Below are positions 36,900 to 49,899 of a DNA stretch of 64,000 bases, one piece after another. Under the pieces are notes generated by a model. The model saw only the letters and a list, made by a program, of their open reading frames with translations, was not told the DNA's origin and made no database searches. Made by a program: the position numbers and the translations under genes. The DNA comes from Camelus dromedarius (lineage: Eukaryota): positions 35,466,001-35,530,000 of the forward strand of contig NC_087437.1 in NCBI RefSeq assembly GCF_036321535.1, read 5' to 3'. Every line of letters starts with the position of its first letter. The stretch's first letter is position 1.

Positions 36900-38700
36900 T
36901 GTTGTTCATACTATTCCACAGCAGTGGCTTCTCAGTGTTCTGAAGCTAGTCTCCAATGAGTTACCTGGAATAACTTAATTAAATGTTTAATCACTGTGTT
37001 TCCTGAGCTGGATCCTTACCACCTCCAAACCCAACCTGTCTATATCACCAATCTCAGATTTCTGTTTTCTTAAGAATGTGGTATCTGCAGCTGTGCCTGC
37101 AATTAATTCAGCATCCGTCAGCATTCTGATTGGAAACAAAAGCTGCTTAGCTTGCTGAAACGAAAAGGAATGGGTTAAAATACATTAGGCAGATGATACA
37201 ATCTTTGGGAGGGTTCAAGATGGAGGTTTTGAAGCTGCACAGCCAGAGAAAATGTAGGCACAGTACTGTGAGCACTGCCCCAGCAAACACACCACTGCTT
37301 GCGGCCGTTGGGAGACAGACTGCAGCTTGCATGTAGGCATTAGGGATTAGCCAGAAGAAATTCTGTTCATGCTGATTTCTAAAGCCTGATTTTTTTCTCA
37401 CCATTCTGAGCAGAATGGATTCCTTATCACGGCTGTGACCTCATGTGGCTCGTTTCTAAACTGAAGTTGTCGGTAGATGAGTCTGGCCTGATGAAGTCAT
37501 AGACCAGTGTTCTCTCTGTAAAGATGGAAGGGAAATGAGTTCTGGCTTCTAACTTTGGTAGTAAGAGGAAGGGGTTAATTGTCTTAAGATTTCTTTCTTA
37601 TGGGCTTTTATCCCAGAAAGAGAATTTACTTCCTTCCTGGCAGATGATTTAGGAACTGAACGTTTCTCCACAAAGCTGGCAGTAGCTTCATTGTTTAAGG
37701 TAATCATCCTTTGTAGAATACTGAGGTGGTAAGTCAGGTCTGAGAGCCTGGATAATGCTGTATACAGTAGTTTTGCATCGTTGATGATGCCAGGGGAATG
37801 TGTTGATTCCCCTATTGGAGCAGCTTAAATGCCTGTGTTCCAAGTACCAAGAACCTACTTTGGAAGTTTGATGTCTGTCCTTCTGAATCCTAGTAAACTA
37901 CCCGAGAGTGTAAAGAGCAATGGGGTAACAGCTTTCCTACTGCTGTCTTTGTGAGTCATTAAAAAATGCTGTGCTAGATCTCATGTATGTGATTTCTGAT
38001 TGTTTCTGATGGTTGTGCAAGTTGGCAAGTTTCATTATTGCTATAGAAAGATGGTAAACAGCTTCAGGTTTAATAACTTTCCATTGCAAGTAAATAAACC
38101 AATCTATAATTCAGTTTTATTTCTTTATATTAAAACAAATGGTAATTTTAATTATAAATAATTGACTAAGATTATGAGCTTTTTTATAAGTGGTTGTGAA
38201 ATTGAGATTTTTGATTTAATATATTGAAATCTTGACAAAATTTAGATGATACAAGGAAATAGAGGAAAAATAAGTTAATGATACAAAAACGTACGGTTCT
38301 CTGGTTACATTCAGTGTTGTTGGCCTCAGTTTTGCAGGAGACAGATCAATCTGTCATCAATCATAGTAGGACAGTTTGTTCTAAGAACCCTGACTATGGC
38401 GGCTCAGCCTGAGAGAGAGGCTGTGGTTGCGTTTCACTGTCTTCCTATACAAAGAGGGATGGCCCTGGTTACAGCTCTGAAGTCTCTCAGTTATTTTAAC
38501 ACTCCATGTGTCTGTCTATACATATTTAGACATAGTCACCAGTCCAATTTGATGTTTCAGCTTTTACGATTTGCTGTGGCAGAGTAAAACAGAAAAGAAA
38601 TAGAGACAGAAGCAGAAATGTTTGTGAACGGTTCATATGACAGGTTTCTCAGGGGAGCAGTTTCAGTTGGCTACTGTGGGTTGTATATTAGCATTCGAAT
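36900..38700 (-). mobile_element. Best-preserved Gypsy pol fossil K (protease, RT, RNase H)
   Basis: ATANRKS and PLCIGRQ* (protease, 38430-38580); PFVLI*RNK and KVIKPE..Y.L; then one frame 37980-37147: DLAQHF..SR..FTLSG..FRR...GIINDAKLLY..HLSILQRM..EK..RKEVNSLSG...RKKSGFRNQHEQNF...LPTAASSGVFAGAVLT...SILNPPK; later VIPGNS. Confidence 0.85.
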
Positions 38701-38869
38701 GTCCTAGATATCACCAGCTTATGACTTAACACTTTTTTTTCAGTGTTCCTATGACGATAGTCTGAATATTGATTGTGTGAAGTCTGGGCTTGTACTTGGC
38801 TCACTTTCTCAAATATTTATGGATTCCTGGAATAAATACTACATTTAATAGTCAACATTCTCATGCTTT

Positions 38870-39590
38870 TTTAAAAGTATTTTTATTGCAAATGAATTTG
38901 ATCCTAAAATATACATATATTATATATAATAAACTTTAAGTAGTATCATATTATGTATATACTTTTAGACTTAATTTTATGGTCAGCACTATTTTTTAAA
39001 TATGTTTATAATTTTACACATAAAATTCATTTTTTTACAGTTTTGTAGTATTTCATTGTTTGAGGATGCTACAAATGTTTATGCATTTCTGTTTCAAATT
39101 TTTACTGTTGTAAAAACTGCTCTTATAAACTTGTGTCTTAGGCAAGTATCTTTCTAAAGTATATAGCTAAGAATGGAATTGCTGGGTCTTCAATCTAACA
39201 ATTGTTAAATTGTTTCCTGAGGTGTTTGCACCAAAATATGCTCATAGCAGAATATGAGATTACCTCTCCTTCCCTAATTCACATTTTCCAATGTTAGATT
39301 TGAAAATGTTTGCCCACCTGACTATCATCAAAGTTCAGCATCTTTTATTATGTTTATTTGGTTATTTGAATTTCTTTTATAAATCACTATGCATAGAAGC
39401 TGTTTCTATTGGGCTGTTGTCTGTTATAATTTGTATAAATTCTTTATATTCTATATTTTAGTTTTATATCTGCCCATGTGACTTACAGCTATCTTTTCAT
39501 AGTCTATGGCATGTCTTTTCACTATTTAAAAAATAGTGCTTAATGTCTAGTTTTAGAATTTTTACCGGATAGTTTGCTTTAGAAATCCAC
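38870..39590 (-). mobile_element. Old L1ME-type fragment
   Basis: gtagtatttcattgtttg...tatatagctaagaatggaattgctgggtc...tagtctatggcatgtcttttcact. Confidence 0.75.
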
Positions 39591-40049
39591 TTACAAGACT
39601 TCTGGTTTGATGCTAAGGGCATGAAGTAAGGTTTTATTCATTCTCCTGAAAAACATGCAGGATACTGAGAACAGAAAAGCTTTCTCTGCCTCATTCAGTG
39701 AAACTAGAACAAAACTGAAACAGACCAAAATGCAAATCAAAAAGGAACCAAATATTGGTGAATATCAAGCAGCTGGTGCAAGGGGAGGAAGAGAGGAAAT
39801 ACTTGTGGTTGTGAAAAGAAGATACAAAGAAAATATTGCAAAATGAAGAGCCTACCACAAGATATAGTATCTAAAGCTTTCTTTGCAATGGTGGGAATTG
39901 GATGCAGAAATTGGCTTGAGAGTTTCCTTGTGACTAATTGTGACTAAAGAAAGAATAACAAAGACTGACTATATTTTTAAGAAATAGTCTATCAGTAGGA
40001 GTCAGAAGGGGAAGTCTTTGCAGTCTGGGAAGAATTAAAGGTTGAGGAG

Positions 40050-40770
40050 AGTGGCCAAGGTGGTGGAGTAAAAGGACCTTGAGCTTACCTCCTCTCATGA
40101 GCACACCAAAATCACAACTAACTGCTGAATGATCATCAATTAAAAAAAGACTAGAACCTACCAGGAAAGACCTTCAACTAAAGATATAAAGAAGGAACCA
40201 CAGCAAGATGGGTAGGAGAGGTGGACTCAAGAATGTAATCAACTCTCATACCCCCTGGGTGGGCGACCCACAGTCTGGAGAATAATTATATTGTAGAGGT
40301 TCTCCCACATGAGTGAGAGTTCTGAGCTTCAAGTCAGGCTCCCTAGCCTGGGAGTCTGGTAGTGGGAAGAGAAGCCCCAGAGCATTTGGCTTTGAAGGCC
40401 AGAGGGGCTTGATTGCAGGAGCTTCATAAGATTGCGGGAGAATAGAGATTTCACTCTTAAATGGTGCACACAGAATCTCACATGCACTGGGACCAAGGGC
40501 AGAGGAAGTAATTCGATAAGCCTGGACCAGACCTACCTGCTGGTCTTGGAAGCCCTCCTGGGGAGGTTGCTGTGGCTTACTCTGAGGACAAAGATGCTCA
40601 TGGCCGATGTATTCAGGAGCATTCATCTGTGTGAGCTCTCCTGGTGGCTGACTTCTTGGGTCATTAGCGCTAAGACCCAGCTCCACCCAGCAAACTGTAG
40701 GCTGCAGTTCTGGGACACCTCAAGTGAAACAACTAACTAGGTGAGGACACAGCCCCACCCATCAGCAGAC
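40050..40770 (+). mobile_element. L1 5' UTR fragment, laurasiatherian type
   Basis: ccaaggtggtggagtaaaaggaccttgagcttacctcctctcatgagcacaccaaaatcacaactaactgctgaa...cccagagcatttggctttgaaggccag...cacagccccacccatcagcagac. Confidence 0.75.
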
Positions 40771-40779
40771 TCTAAATCT

Positions 40780-43420
40780 AAGACTAACATACATGTGAAT
40801 GTTATGACTGAAAAAAAAAAGGGCAATATTATACATTTGATGTTTTCAATACATGTTTATTTATATAATCCTACAGTTTAATATTTATCCCTTTTAGTGC
40901 TGTATGTAGTGTTCTTCTCTTTCTACATATATAGCTAGAGCTATATATGTATAAGATAGTGCACTAAATATATACATTTATACATAATATGCTAAATAGG
41001 AAAATGCTAGAGACATTACCATCCATTGGCAATAACAGAAAACTGTCTACTATTATGTAATATTGGCCTAGATAATACAATTAGATAAGAGAGATAAATT
41101 GAAGTACACAATTTGAAAAGGTTAGGTAATATTGTTATTCACAGATGGTATTGATTTTATATTTGGAAAACTCAAGAGTATCAATAGGAAAAGTATTTCC
41201 ACAGTAGCAATTTAATAAACAGCTGAGTACATAATTTTTATATAAAACTTAATGTTTTATATAGACAGACATCAATTTTATAGAAGACTGAAAAAAGACT
41301 GATTTATGATAATTTCAATAATAGCAAAAATAAAATACCTTAGAATATAGTTAATAAAAAGTGTGTAAGATCTAGATGAAGACAACTTTTAAATTCTCCA
41401 GAAGGAACCAAAATGACTGAACTAAAGCAAAAGTAGGAACAACCGTCATAAAGCTGTCAGTTCTCCAGAGGTAATCTATATATTTTATGCAATCTGTAGT
41501 TAAAGGTAATGGAAACAACAACAAAACTGTAACCAGGGAAGCTGATAATGAATTTTTATATATTAACATCAAGAATTGTAAGAAAGTGTTAGAGGTAACA
41601 ATGAGAGGGAACTGGCACTGTCTGATGTTAATATAGTACTAGTGTACCAGAGAGACAGATCAGTGGAATAAAATAAAAAGGACAGAAATAGAATCAAAGA
41701 CATATCACTGTATTTTATAATTAAAGTAGCATTTCAAACCGACAGGGGTAATAAGAGTGATATAATAGTACACGTTTGGGGACAACTGTATTGTCATCTG
41801 AAAAAAATGAAAGTCATACCTCATGCCAAATTAAATCAATACTAATCAAAGATCAATGGTAAAGGAAAGACACTTAAACTTGACCAAACCATGGGGATGC
41901 TAAAAAAAACCAAAAAAACCCAAAACATAATAGACAGGAAAAAACCTTTCCAAGTACCACATAAAACCCATAAAATATGAGTTTTAAACAACAGAAAACA
42001 TAAAAATTTAGCATGAGAAAGCTATCATAAATCAAAACCAAAGAATTAACAGGGGAAATACTTGCAATTCACATAACAAAACCACAGTGTGCAAATTTTC
42101 CCAATAAATAAGAATCTCTGCATTGATAAGAAAAAGACACTACAGAAAAATGAGCAAAGAAATACACGATTTATAAAAAAGAAAATACAAAATGTTCTTA
42201 AACAAATGGAAAATGTACTCAACTTCAATAGGAGAAACCATTAGTGTATGTCATAGTGTTTGATAGTATTCAGTTTGTTGGGAAAGCAAATTCTCTCATA
42301 TTATGCTTAAGAAAGTGTGAACTGAGAGAGTCTGTAGAAAGAGACGTTTGAAATGTTTGCCAGCACTACGACCACAATTATGTATCTGTATCTATATTCA
42401 CTTGTGTACAAGAGAATTGGAAACAGACTGAATCCCATCAGTAGTGGAGTGGTTAAATACACTTTGATGTGTCTATATCATGGAGTAGTATGTAGGGTTT
42501 TTTTTGGTTTTGTTTTTCTTTCTTTCTTTCTTTTTTTTTTTAGGTTTGAGGTAGAAGTAACAAATAAAATTGTAAGATACTTAAAATGTACATTGTAATG
42601 ATTTGATATATGTATACATTGTAAAAGGATTCCTCCCATCTAGTTAACTAACACATCCATCTTTCTCTCTTGTGTGTATGTATATATATATACACACACA
42701 CACATTTATATATAAATACGTATATATAAATTTGTTGAGAAGATTTAAGTTCTAGTCTCTTAGCCAATTTCTATTATATAATTATCGTGTTACTTACAGT
42801 CACCACGTTTTCCATTAGATCCTCAGATCTTATTCATTTTACAGGTGAAAGTTTGTCCCTTTTTTCCAACCCCTACTTGTTTCCCCCACCTCCAGCCCAT
42901 GGCAATCACTTTTCTTCTATGTTTATAAGTTTGACATTTTTATTCTTGCTCTTATTTTTTTTTTTTTAGATTCCACATATAAGTGATATCACGCAGTTTC
43001 TTTCTTTGCACTTAGCAGAATGCCTTCAAGTTCCATCCAAGTTGTCGAAAAGGGCAAGATTTCTTTCTTTCTCATGGCTGAGTAAGATATTTTATATATA
43101 TATATACACACCACATCTTTATTCATTCACCCACTGATGGACACTTAGATTGTTTCCATATCTTCACTATTATGTAGAGTAGTGTTTACCCTTTTAAAAG
43201 TGAGGAATTATTTTATTTCCTATATAGATTGATATTATACCATCTCTAATAAACATGTGTAGAAAAGTAAAGAAGATGGGCAGTATGTATGTATTTTATC
43301 ATTTACATAACAAAAGAAATAGTCTGTATATATTTGTGTACATAAGAACTGATGACATAGCTTTGGAGATGTTATACAAGAAACACAAAGATACACAAGA
43401 AGGCATATGAGCTTAGCGGA
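40780..43420 (+). mobile_element. Degraded old L1M ORF2 and 3' region with a younger antisense L1 nested at 42520-43170
   Basis: ttattcacagatggtattgattttatatttggaaaac; gacagatcagtggaataaaataaaaagg; aatacttgcaattcacataac; gaaaatgtactcaacttca. Confidence 0.75.
42520..43170 (-). mobile_element. L1MA-type 3' end with (TA)/(CA) microsatellites
   Basis: polyT, ggattcctcccatctagttaactaacacatccat...ttagattccacatataagtga...gatggacacttagattgtttccatatc. Confidence 0.85.
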
Positions 43421-43549
43421 AAAATACATAGAGTAACTTATTATATGACTGAAAAGGAAAATAGCTTGTCTGAGAATCATTCATAGGATGCAGACTTCAC
43501 ATTGAATGCAATCTAGTTAATCTTTATTTCAGGATAATTTATCAACTTA

Positions 43550-44640
43550 TCATTCCCTGCCATTGGGCCATATAATTTTCTTTTAACATTATTGAAAATT
43601 TGATTTAGATTTAATCAATGAAGAATTAATTTCTACATATGGTGTGAGGTAGGAATTAAATTTTGTTTATTTTTTTCAGTATAGGTCATAAATCGTTCCA
43701 GCCCTATTTACTGAACAGCATATTCTTTCTGTCCTTTGTGATAGGAAGTGCTACCAGTTTCTATATATACATGGGTCAATTTCTAGAACCTTTATTCTGT
43801 TAACCAGGTATAGTAAGCCTCCACACCATATTCTTCTTCAAACTGTCTTTTCTCATCTTAGTCCTTTGCTTTTCACCTATGATTTTTAGAATAATTTACC
43901 AAGTTTAACAAAAAAAAAATGTCCTTTCAGATTATTCATTACACTTGTTTTGAGTCTCTGTAACATTTTGAGGGAAAATTAGCTGCTTTATACACTGAAA
44001 CTTCCCAACTGTGAACATAGTAAATCTGTTTTTTTTTTAAGTGTTTAATATCAGGAGCTTTGTAATTTTCTCCATTAAGCTTACTTATCTTGTGTCAGAT
44101 TTATTCCAAGACACCTTATAATTATCACTGCTATTTTAAATTACAGCTTCCTTTAAAAATTTTATTTTTAAACACTTGTGTAATGTCGGACCATGATTGC
44201 AATTTATTTGTAGATTCTCTTAGGATATTGACAATCATGTAGTATGTGCATATTGATATTTTTATGTCTTTTACTCCTTATAACTTTGATTCATTTTTCT
44301 TGTACTGCTGTACAGGCTAGGGCCTTTGATACATTGCTGAATAAAAAAAGCAAAGTGTAGAAGGAATCTTGTCTTATTCCTGACTTTAATGGGAATATTT
44401 CTAAAGCTTAACTGTAAATACACTCTTTGCAGTTGCTTTTTCCAAATTAACCTATACCAGGTTAAGAAAGTTCCCTTCTATTTAAAATTTAAAAGATTTT
44501 TTTTTCATGAATGAGTGTTGAATTTTTACTAAATACATTTTCTCATATATTGAAATATTTATATTATTCTTCATTTAATGTAAGTTGGTGAATTATATTA
44601 ATCAAATTTCTAACACTAAACTATCCTTATATTTTCCCAG
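43550..44640 (-). mobile_element. Old L1M ORF2 fragment
   Basis: tatggtgtgaggtaggaa; ttgtcttattcctgactttaatgggaa; caggttaagaaagttcccttctat. Confidence 0.8.
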
Positions 44641-44714
44641 AGATTTTGCTTTTGCTTTCTGTAAGATCTCAAAAATGTTAACATTCAGGAAAAAGGAACA
44701 CCTTTTTCTAGAGG

Positions 44715-45680
44715 TTTTTTTTTTTTTTTTAAGTATAATTGACATAAAACATGAGTTTCAGGTGTACAACACAATCCACTGTTTGTATACATTGTGAAAT
44801 CACCATAAGAAGTCTGATTGAAATCTATCACCTCACATAATCTCAAATTTTTTTTCTTGTGATAAGAAACTTTAAGATCTATTCTCCTAGCAACTTTGAA
44901 ATATCCAATACAGTATTATTAACTATAGTCACTATGCTGTACATTACATCCCCAGGACGTACTTACTTTATAAGGGGAAGTTTATACCTTTTGATTCTCT
45001 TGATTCCCTTCACCCATTTTGCTCATCTCCTGCTCCTCATCCCCCACCTCCCAACCCCCTGCCCCCCAACCCCCTAGCCTCTGTCAGCTATGGGTCTGTT
45101 CTCTTTATCTGTGAGTTTGTTTTTTACTTTTGTTTTTTTAGATTCTACATATGTTTGTCTTTTGACTTACTTCACTTAGCATAACGCCCTCAGAGTCCAT
45201 CCATGTTGTTGCAAATGGCATGATTTCCTACTTTTTTTATGGCAAAATAATATTCTGTTGTACATATACCACATTTCCTTTATTCATCCATCAGTGGACA
45301 CATAGGGTATTTCCATATCTTTAGCTATTTGTAAATAATGCTGCAAAAAACATGGGGGTGCATGTATCTTTTCAACTTAGTGTTTTCATTTTCTTTGGAT
45401 AAACAGCCAGGAGTGAAATTGCTGGATGATATGGTAGTTTTACTTTTAATTTTTGGAGGAATCTCCATACTGTTTTCCATAGTGGTTGCATCAGTTCACA
45501 TCCCCACCAACAGTGTACAAGGATTTCCTTTTCTCCATATCTTTGCCAAGGCTTGTCTTTTTGATAACAGCCATTTGATAGTTGTGAGGTGGTATCTCAT
45601 TGACATTTTGATCTATGTTTCTCTGATGAATGCTATTGAGCACCTTTTCATGTACCTGCTGGGCATCTGCGTGTTTTCTC
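44715..45680 (-). mobile_element. L1MA9-like 3' end
   Basis: polyT, aagtataattgacata...tttcaggtgtacaac...gagtgaaattgctggatgatatggtagtt...ttgagcaccttttcatgtacctg. Confidence 0.9.
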
Positions 45681-46919
45681 AGAAAGCATTTTAATGATGA
45701 TTTCTCAGCTTAGATCTTTTATGACAAGGCGAGTCATATAAATCTGAACCCCTAAACTTATATGATAGTACCTCTGTGGTTCCTCTTTCTCTGTGAAGTC
45801 TCTCTCTCCCTCTTTTTTTTTTTTTTTGATGTTCCCCCCTTTTTTTCTTTCCTTCTTTTTGTCTTTACCCTCCTCTCTCTTCATTGCTTCCTTTTCCTTC
45901 AGAGCTCACTGGCCTGACAGATAAACTTCCTCTTCTCCTTGGCTTGATGATAAGTTTATTCTTCTCCATCTTTTCACTGAATATGTAGCCCTTTGAATTC
46001 TTCACATAAAGTGAGCATTTTGATTCCCCAGTTCTTTACAAATGCCCTAGATCTAGTTACCTTGCTTTCTCTGCAGGAGTGGAACTTTCCACTAATACAT
46101 AAATGCCAACTTTAGTGTTCAGATTCTACTTAATTTGGGGGCTTTGGGGACTTGCCTTTCTTCTTTTTGAGCTTCACTTTTTAAAGCATATTTGTTATAT
46201 CTTAACCAGTGCTTCCAGGTTTTTGATAAAGGGAGTTTTTAGGTTATCTAGTTTGCCATACAGTGAGAAATAGTTGTCCATGTGACATCTTTGAAGTGAG
46301 TTAATGTTGTTAGCCTTGAGTGTGGCACTCTAAAAATGTTTGTGCATTGTCTTCCTCAAACAGTCTCAGCTAACTTCTCCCTAACTTGTTTTATTCAACT
46401 TTCGACTTCCTATCCCTTGGTATTATGTTTATTTACACACATTGGTTTGATCTCAAAAAAATCTTGAGTTTTAGTTATGTGTCCTTAGTGGTTGACATAA
46501 AATTGTTTTAAATTAATAATTTGATAAAATCATATACATTTTGAGCTAAGCAAATATTTTGATCCTTTTCTGAAAGTGTTGCTACACTGTATTAAACCCT
46601 AAAGTTCAAGTTGTCACCTTTTTCTCATCTTGGAAATATTCATATTGATAGCTCTTTAGCTTTATGCCCAAATATAAGTTTTAATGAGAGAATCTTAATT
46701 TGAATTAGCCTAATGTTATTGATATACTAAGCTAGAGAGATTTACAGAGTGTCAATGAATAATTTGAATGAATAATGAATAATTTGTAGCTTTTGGTAGC
46801 ACTGGAAAATAACATTAAGTCAAATTACCTTAAATCTTTCTAACTTTATAACTGTGTTGCATATCAAAGCTATTTGAATTAAATAAGGAAGGAATTTACT
46901 TTCAATATAAATTCAGTGC

Positions 46920-47170
46920 ATAATAATAGCGAACTCATATTGCTCTAACTATATGCAGGCACTGATTGAAGTATTTTACATATGTCCACTTATTTAATGC
47001 ACACAATGACCACCCTGTGAAGCAGATTTTATTAATCTTCCCAGTTTACAGTTGTGGACACTAAGGCAGAGTGAGGTAAAGTAGCTTGGCCAAGGTCACA
47101 TCACTGGTTAGAGCAGGGCTGAGCAGCTCATACAGTCTATATCCACAGTCTAGTACCTCAACCACTTTGT
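46920..47170. mobile_element. MIR
   Basis: taataatagcgaactcatattg...ccagtttacagttgtggacactaaggcagagtgaggtaaagtagcttggccaaggtcaca. Confidence 0.9.
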
Positions 47171-47824
47171 ATTCTTCCCTTTCCCCTGCTATAAAACATA
47201 TTTTTATGATTTCTATGATTTTGAATATGTTAGATAATGTATTAAATGGGTGTAGCCAATTTTGATACTCAACCTATTTTTGGAGAAAGCTTATATTTAT
47301 CCCTACAGCAAGTTCACGTTCAAAATTGGCATATTATTTAAACTTCCTTAAATCTTTAATAACACACACATTTTCATATTACTGAGAGCTTCATAAAACT
47401 GTTTCAAAACATGAAGTATAACTTGGCTTAGTTTTCTTGATAAGAGAAATTGAGATTTTACAAATCTCTTGGCTTTTTTTTTTATATAAATCTCATTACT
47501 TATACAAAACATAGGTGATAATATATTTTAGATAAGTTTACTGTTATAGATTATAGACTTAGAATGAGCAGTAGAGATTATCTTGCACAATCTTTTCATT
47601 TTAACAGGTGAGGAAATTGAAGCCTAGAGAAATAGAGACCATATATGACAGCGCTGGAAACCTCTGTCTTCCGGCTTTTAGCACAGCATCTAAGTTTGAT
47701 TAGTGAGGAACAAAGTGAAAGCTATCCTTTAAAGTCCCATAGGAAGGAATGTACTATTGATCTTAGTTTCTTTCAACATTCAAACATTTGGTTGTTTCTT
47801 TCGGGGAGTTCCAGTTTGCTTAGT

Positions 47825-48250
47825 TGGCCCATGTTTTCATTAGGCTAGGCTACCCTTTTGTTAGCAAATAGCCTTAAAATCGCAGTGGCTTAAAGCAAAG
47901 TTTATTTTTGCTTGTGTTATAATCCAATGTTGGGTTGGTGGCCCTGTTCCAAGTGGTGACTCAGGTGACCCAGGTTGCTTCCATCTTGAGGCCATACCAT
48001 CTTACCATTTTGTGGCTTTTAGGTGACTCAGATGTTATCATTTTGGCAGAATGAGAGATGAAAGGGCACAGAGCATTGAGGGAATGTGTTAAGGGCCAGC
48101 CTGGAATTGGCCTTCATCCCTTCCACTCTCACTGCATTATCCAGAACTGTCACATGATCCTCTGTGCATGCAGTAGGGTTTGAGATATGTAGTCTTATTG
48201 TCTGCTCAGGAAGATATTTAAGTGATCTGGTAACTATGTAACATTATCTT
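47825..48250 (-). mobile_element. MaLR LTR (MLT1J/K-like)
   Basis: gcaaatagccttaaaatcgcagtggcttaa...gtgactcaggtgacccaggttgcttccatcttg...tcccttccactctcactgc. Confidence 0.75.
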
Positions 48251-49499
48251 GGCTATTGCTTACGTTTAGGGACCATGTTGTACAAAAACTATGTGTATTT
48301 AGCAATAGAATAATCCTGTGCACTGTGAGATGCTCGTATTTTTAAAGGTAAGCAGAGATGGCAGTCATAATTTCCATTTTATGCTCACTGCAAGGCATAT
48401 CTATTTTGAGTGGAATATATATTTATTATTACTCTTTTGCTTCTGTCTTACTGAAAAATTTCTGTAACTATTAAAGGGGAAGCATTGGGAACATAAAGAG
48501 TTTTGTTTAAGGTACAAACCTGGCTTGTAAGAAGAGAACAGTAGTAGAAATAGGCACAAAATAAGCTATAACAAAGTTTTATAAGCCAAGGAGGTAGTTT
48601 TCAAAAGAGATTGATTAATGACAAACCTAGTGCCGTGCTTGCTTATTCATTCATTCATTCTCTTCTATGTGAAATTTTCTCTACGTAAAAGGAAGATATT
48701 TATTAATTTAATTTAAAATTACCCAGTACTATTATATGTCAGGAAGAAAAAATTAAATAGAACATAATCCTTGCACAATCAGTACAAAGAGAGGGCCCTT
48801 GTTGGGTGAAAGTAAAATCATTTGATTATAATTGTACCTTCTAAAAGCACAACTTTAATGAGGAAATTAAAATGGATTAGACATAGAGAGATTTTAAAAG
48901 CAGAGATGATTAAAAAGAGACATTAGTAGCTATTAGAAATTTCTCATCTAAGCCCAACTGGACATAGAGAACTGAAGGGTAGCTCTGCATACTTTAAATC
49001 TTGGAGCTTTGATCATACATAAAAGGCTCTCAAAAATTACCCTGAGTAGAATTTCATGCTTACGTCTAATGTAATAATTTAAGCATTCCTTCTACAATCT
49101 CACATTACTATGTGCAAAGCATAGTTGAACCTAGATTTTCATTAGCCAGGTAGAATAAATTATGGGTGTGCCTACACATACATATTTTGGATTTTGCCTC
49201 TCATTATGCTTACAGCTATTGTTGTTTTTAGAGATGAGAAAGCTGTGGTTCATAGAATTCAAATGATTACTGGATAGTCACAAAATTTAAAAGTAGAAAA
49301 TTGGGACCACATAGTATATCTCTTGATTCTCAACTGAGCTCTCAGTTTTCTATCTATATGTCTAAGATGTGAGGGATGTCTGCACACTGTCTTCAATTGT
49401 TCTCACTGGACAGTGAATTTATGCGAGGGTACCTTCCTTATCATGTCCTTGAGTTGTAATAATGAACTCAGCTTCGTATCCAATGGACCTTATCCAATA

Positions 49500-49755
49500 G
49501 TACTAGGGATGTTATGTACAACATAAGTAATATAATGAACATCACTGTATGTTGTATGTAAAAGTTGTTAAGAGAATAAGTCCTAAGAGTTTTCATCACA
49601 AGGAAATCATTTTATCTAAATTTCACATCTATATGATGGTCACTAAATTTATTGTGGCAATCATTTCATAATATCCATAAATCAAATCATTATGCTGTAC
49701 ACGTTAGACAGTGCTGTATGTCAATTATATCTCAGTAAAACTTGAGGAAAAAATC
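49500..49755 (+). mobile_element. L1M 3' end
   Basis: gttatgtacaacat...aaagttgttaagagaataagtcctaagagttttcatcacaagg...gtgctgtatgtcaattatatctcagtaaaac. Confidence 0.85.
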
Positions 49756-49899
49756 AAGTGAAGAAACCACAGAAAAGCTTAAAAAATAAGATCATCATAC
49801 AAAAACATATTTTTCTGGAATATTGTTCCTGTTTCAGGAAGAATAATTTTTTTCCTTGGTTTAACTGATTTGCCCGACATGCTTTAAAAGGAAGTATTC

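Noticed and set aside
37060..37480. Alternative first coding exon of a host gene on plus (ATG at about 37415 or 37443)
   Set aside because: Both frames stop within 20 codons and there is no strong donor; the complexity is explained by Gypsy RT-RNase H on minus.
36900..38700. Intact domesticated Gypsy gene (RTL1, GIN1 or NYNRIN-like)
   Set aside because: Multiple in-frame stops and altered catalytic residues.
40246..40686. Longest ORF (146 aa, minus)
   Set aside because: Antisense reading of a GC-richer L1 5' UTR fragment; no recognisable protein.
45338..45694. 118-aa hydrophobic ORF
   Set aside because: Typical antisense translation of an L1 ORF2/3' region.
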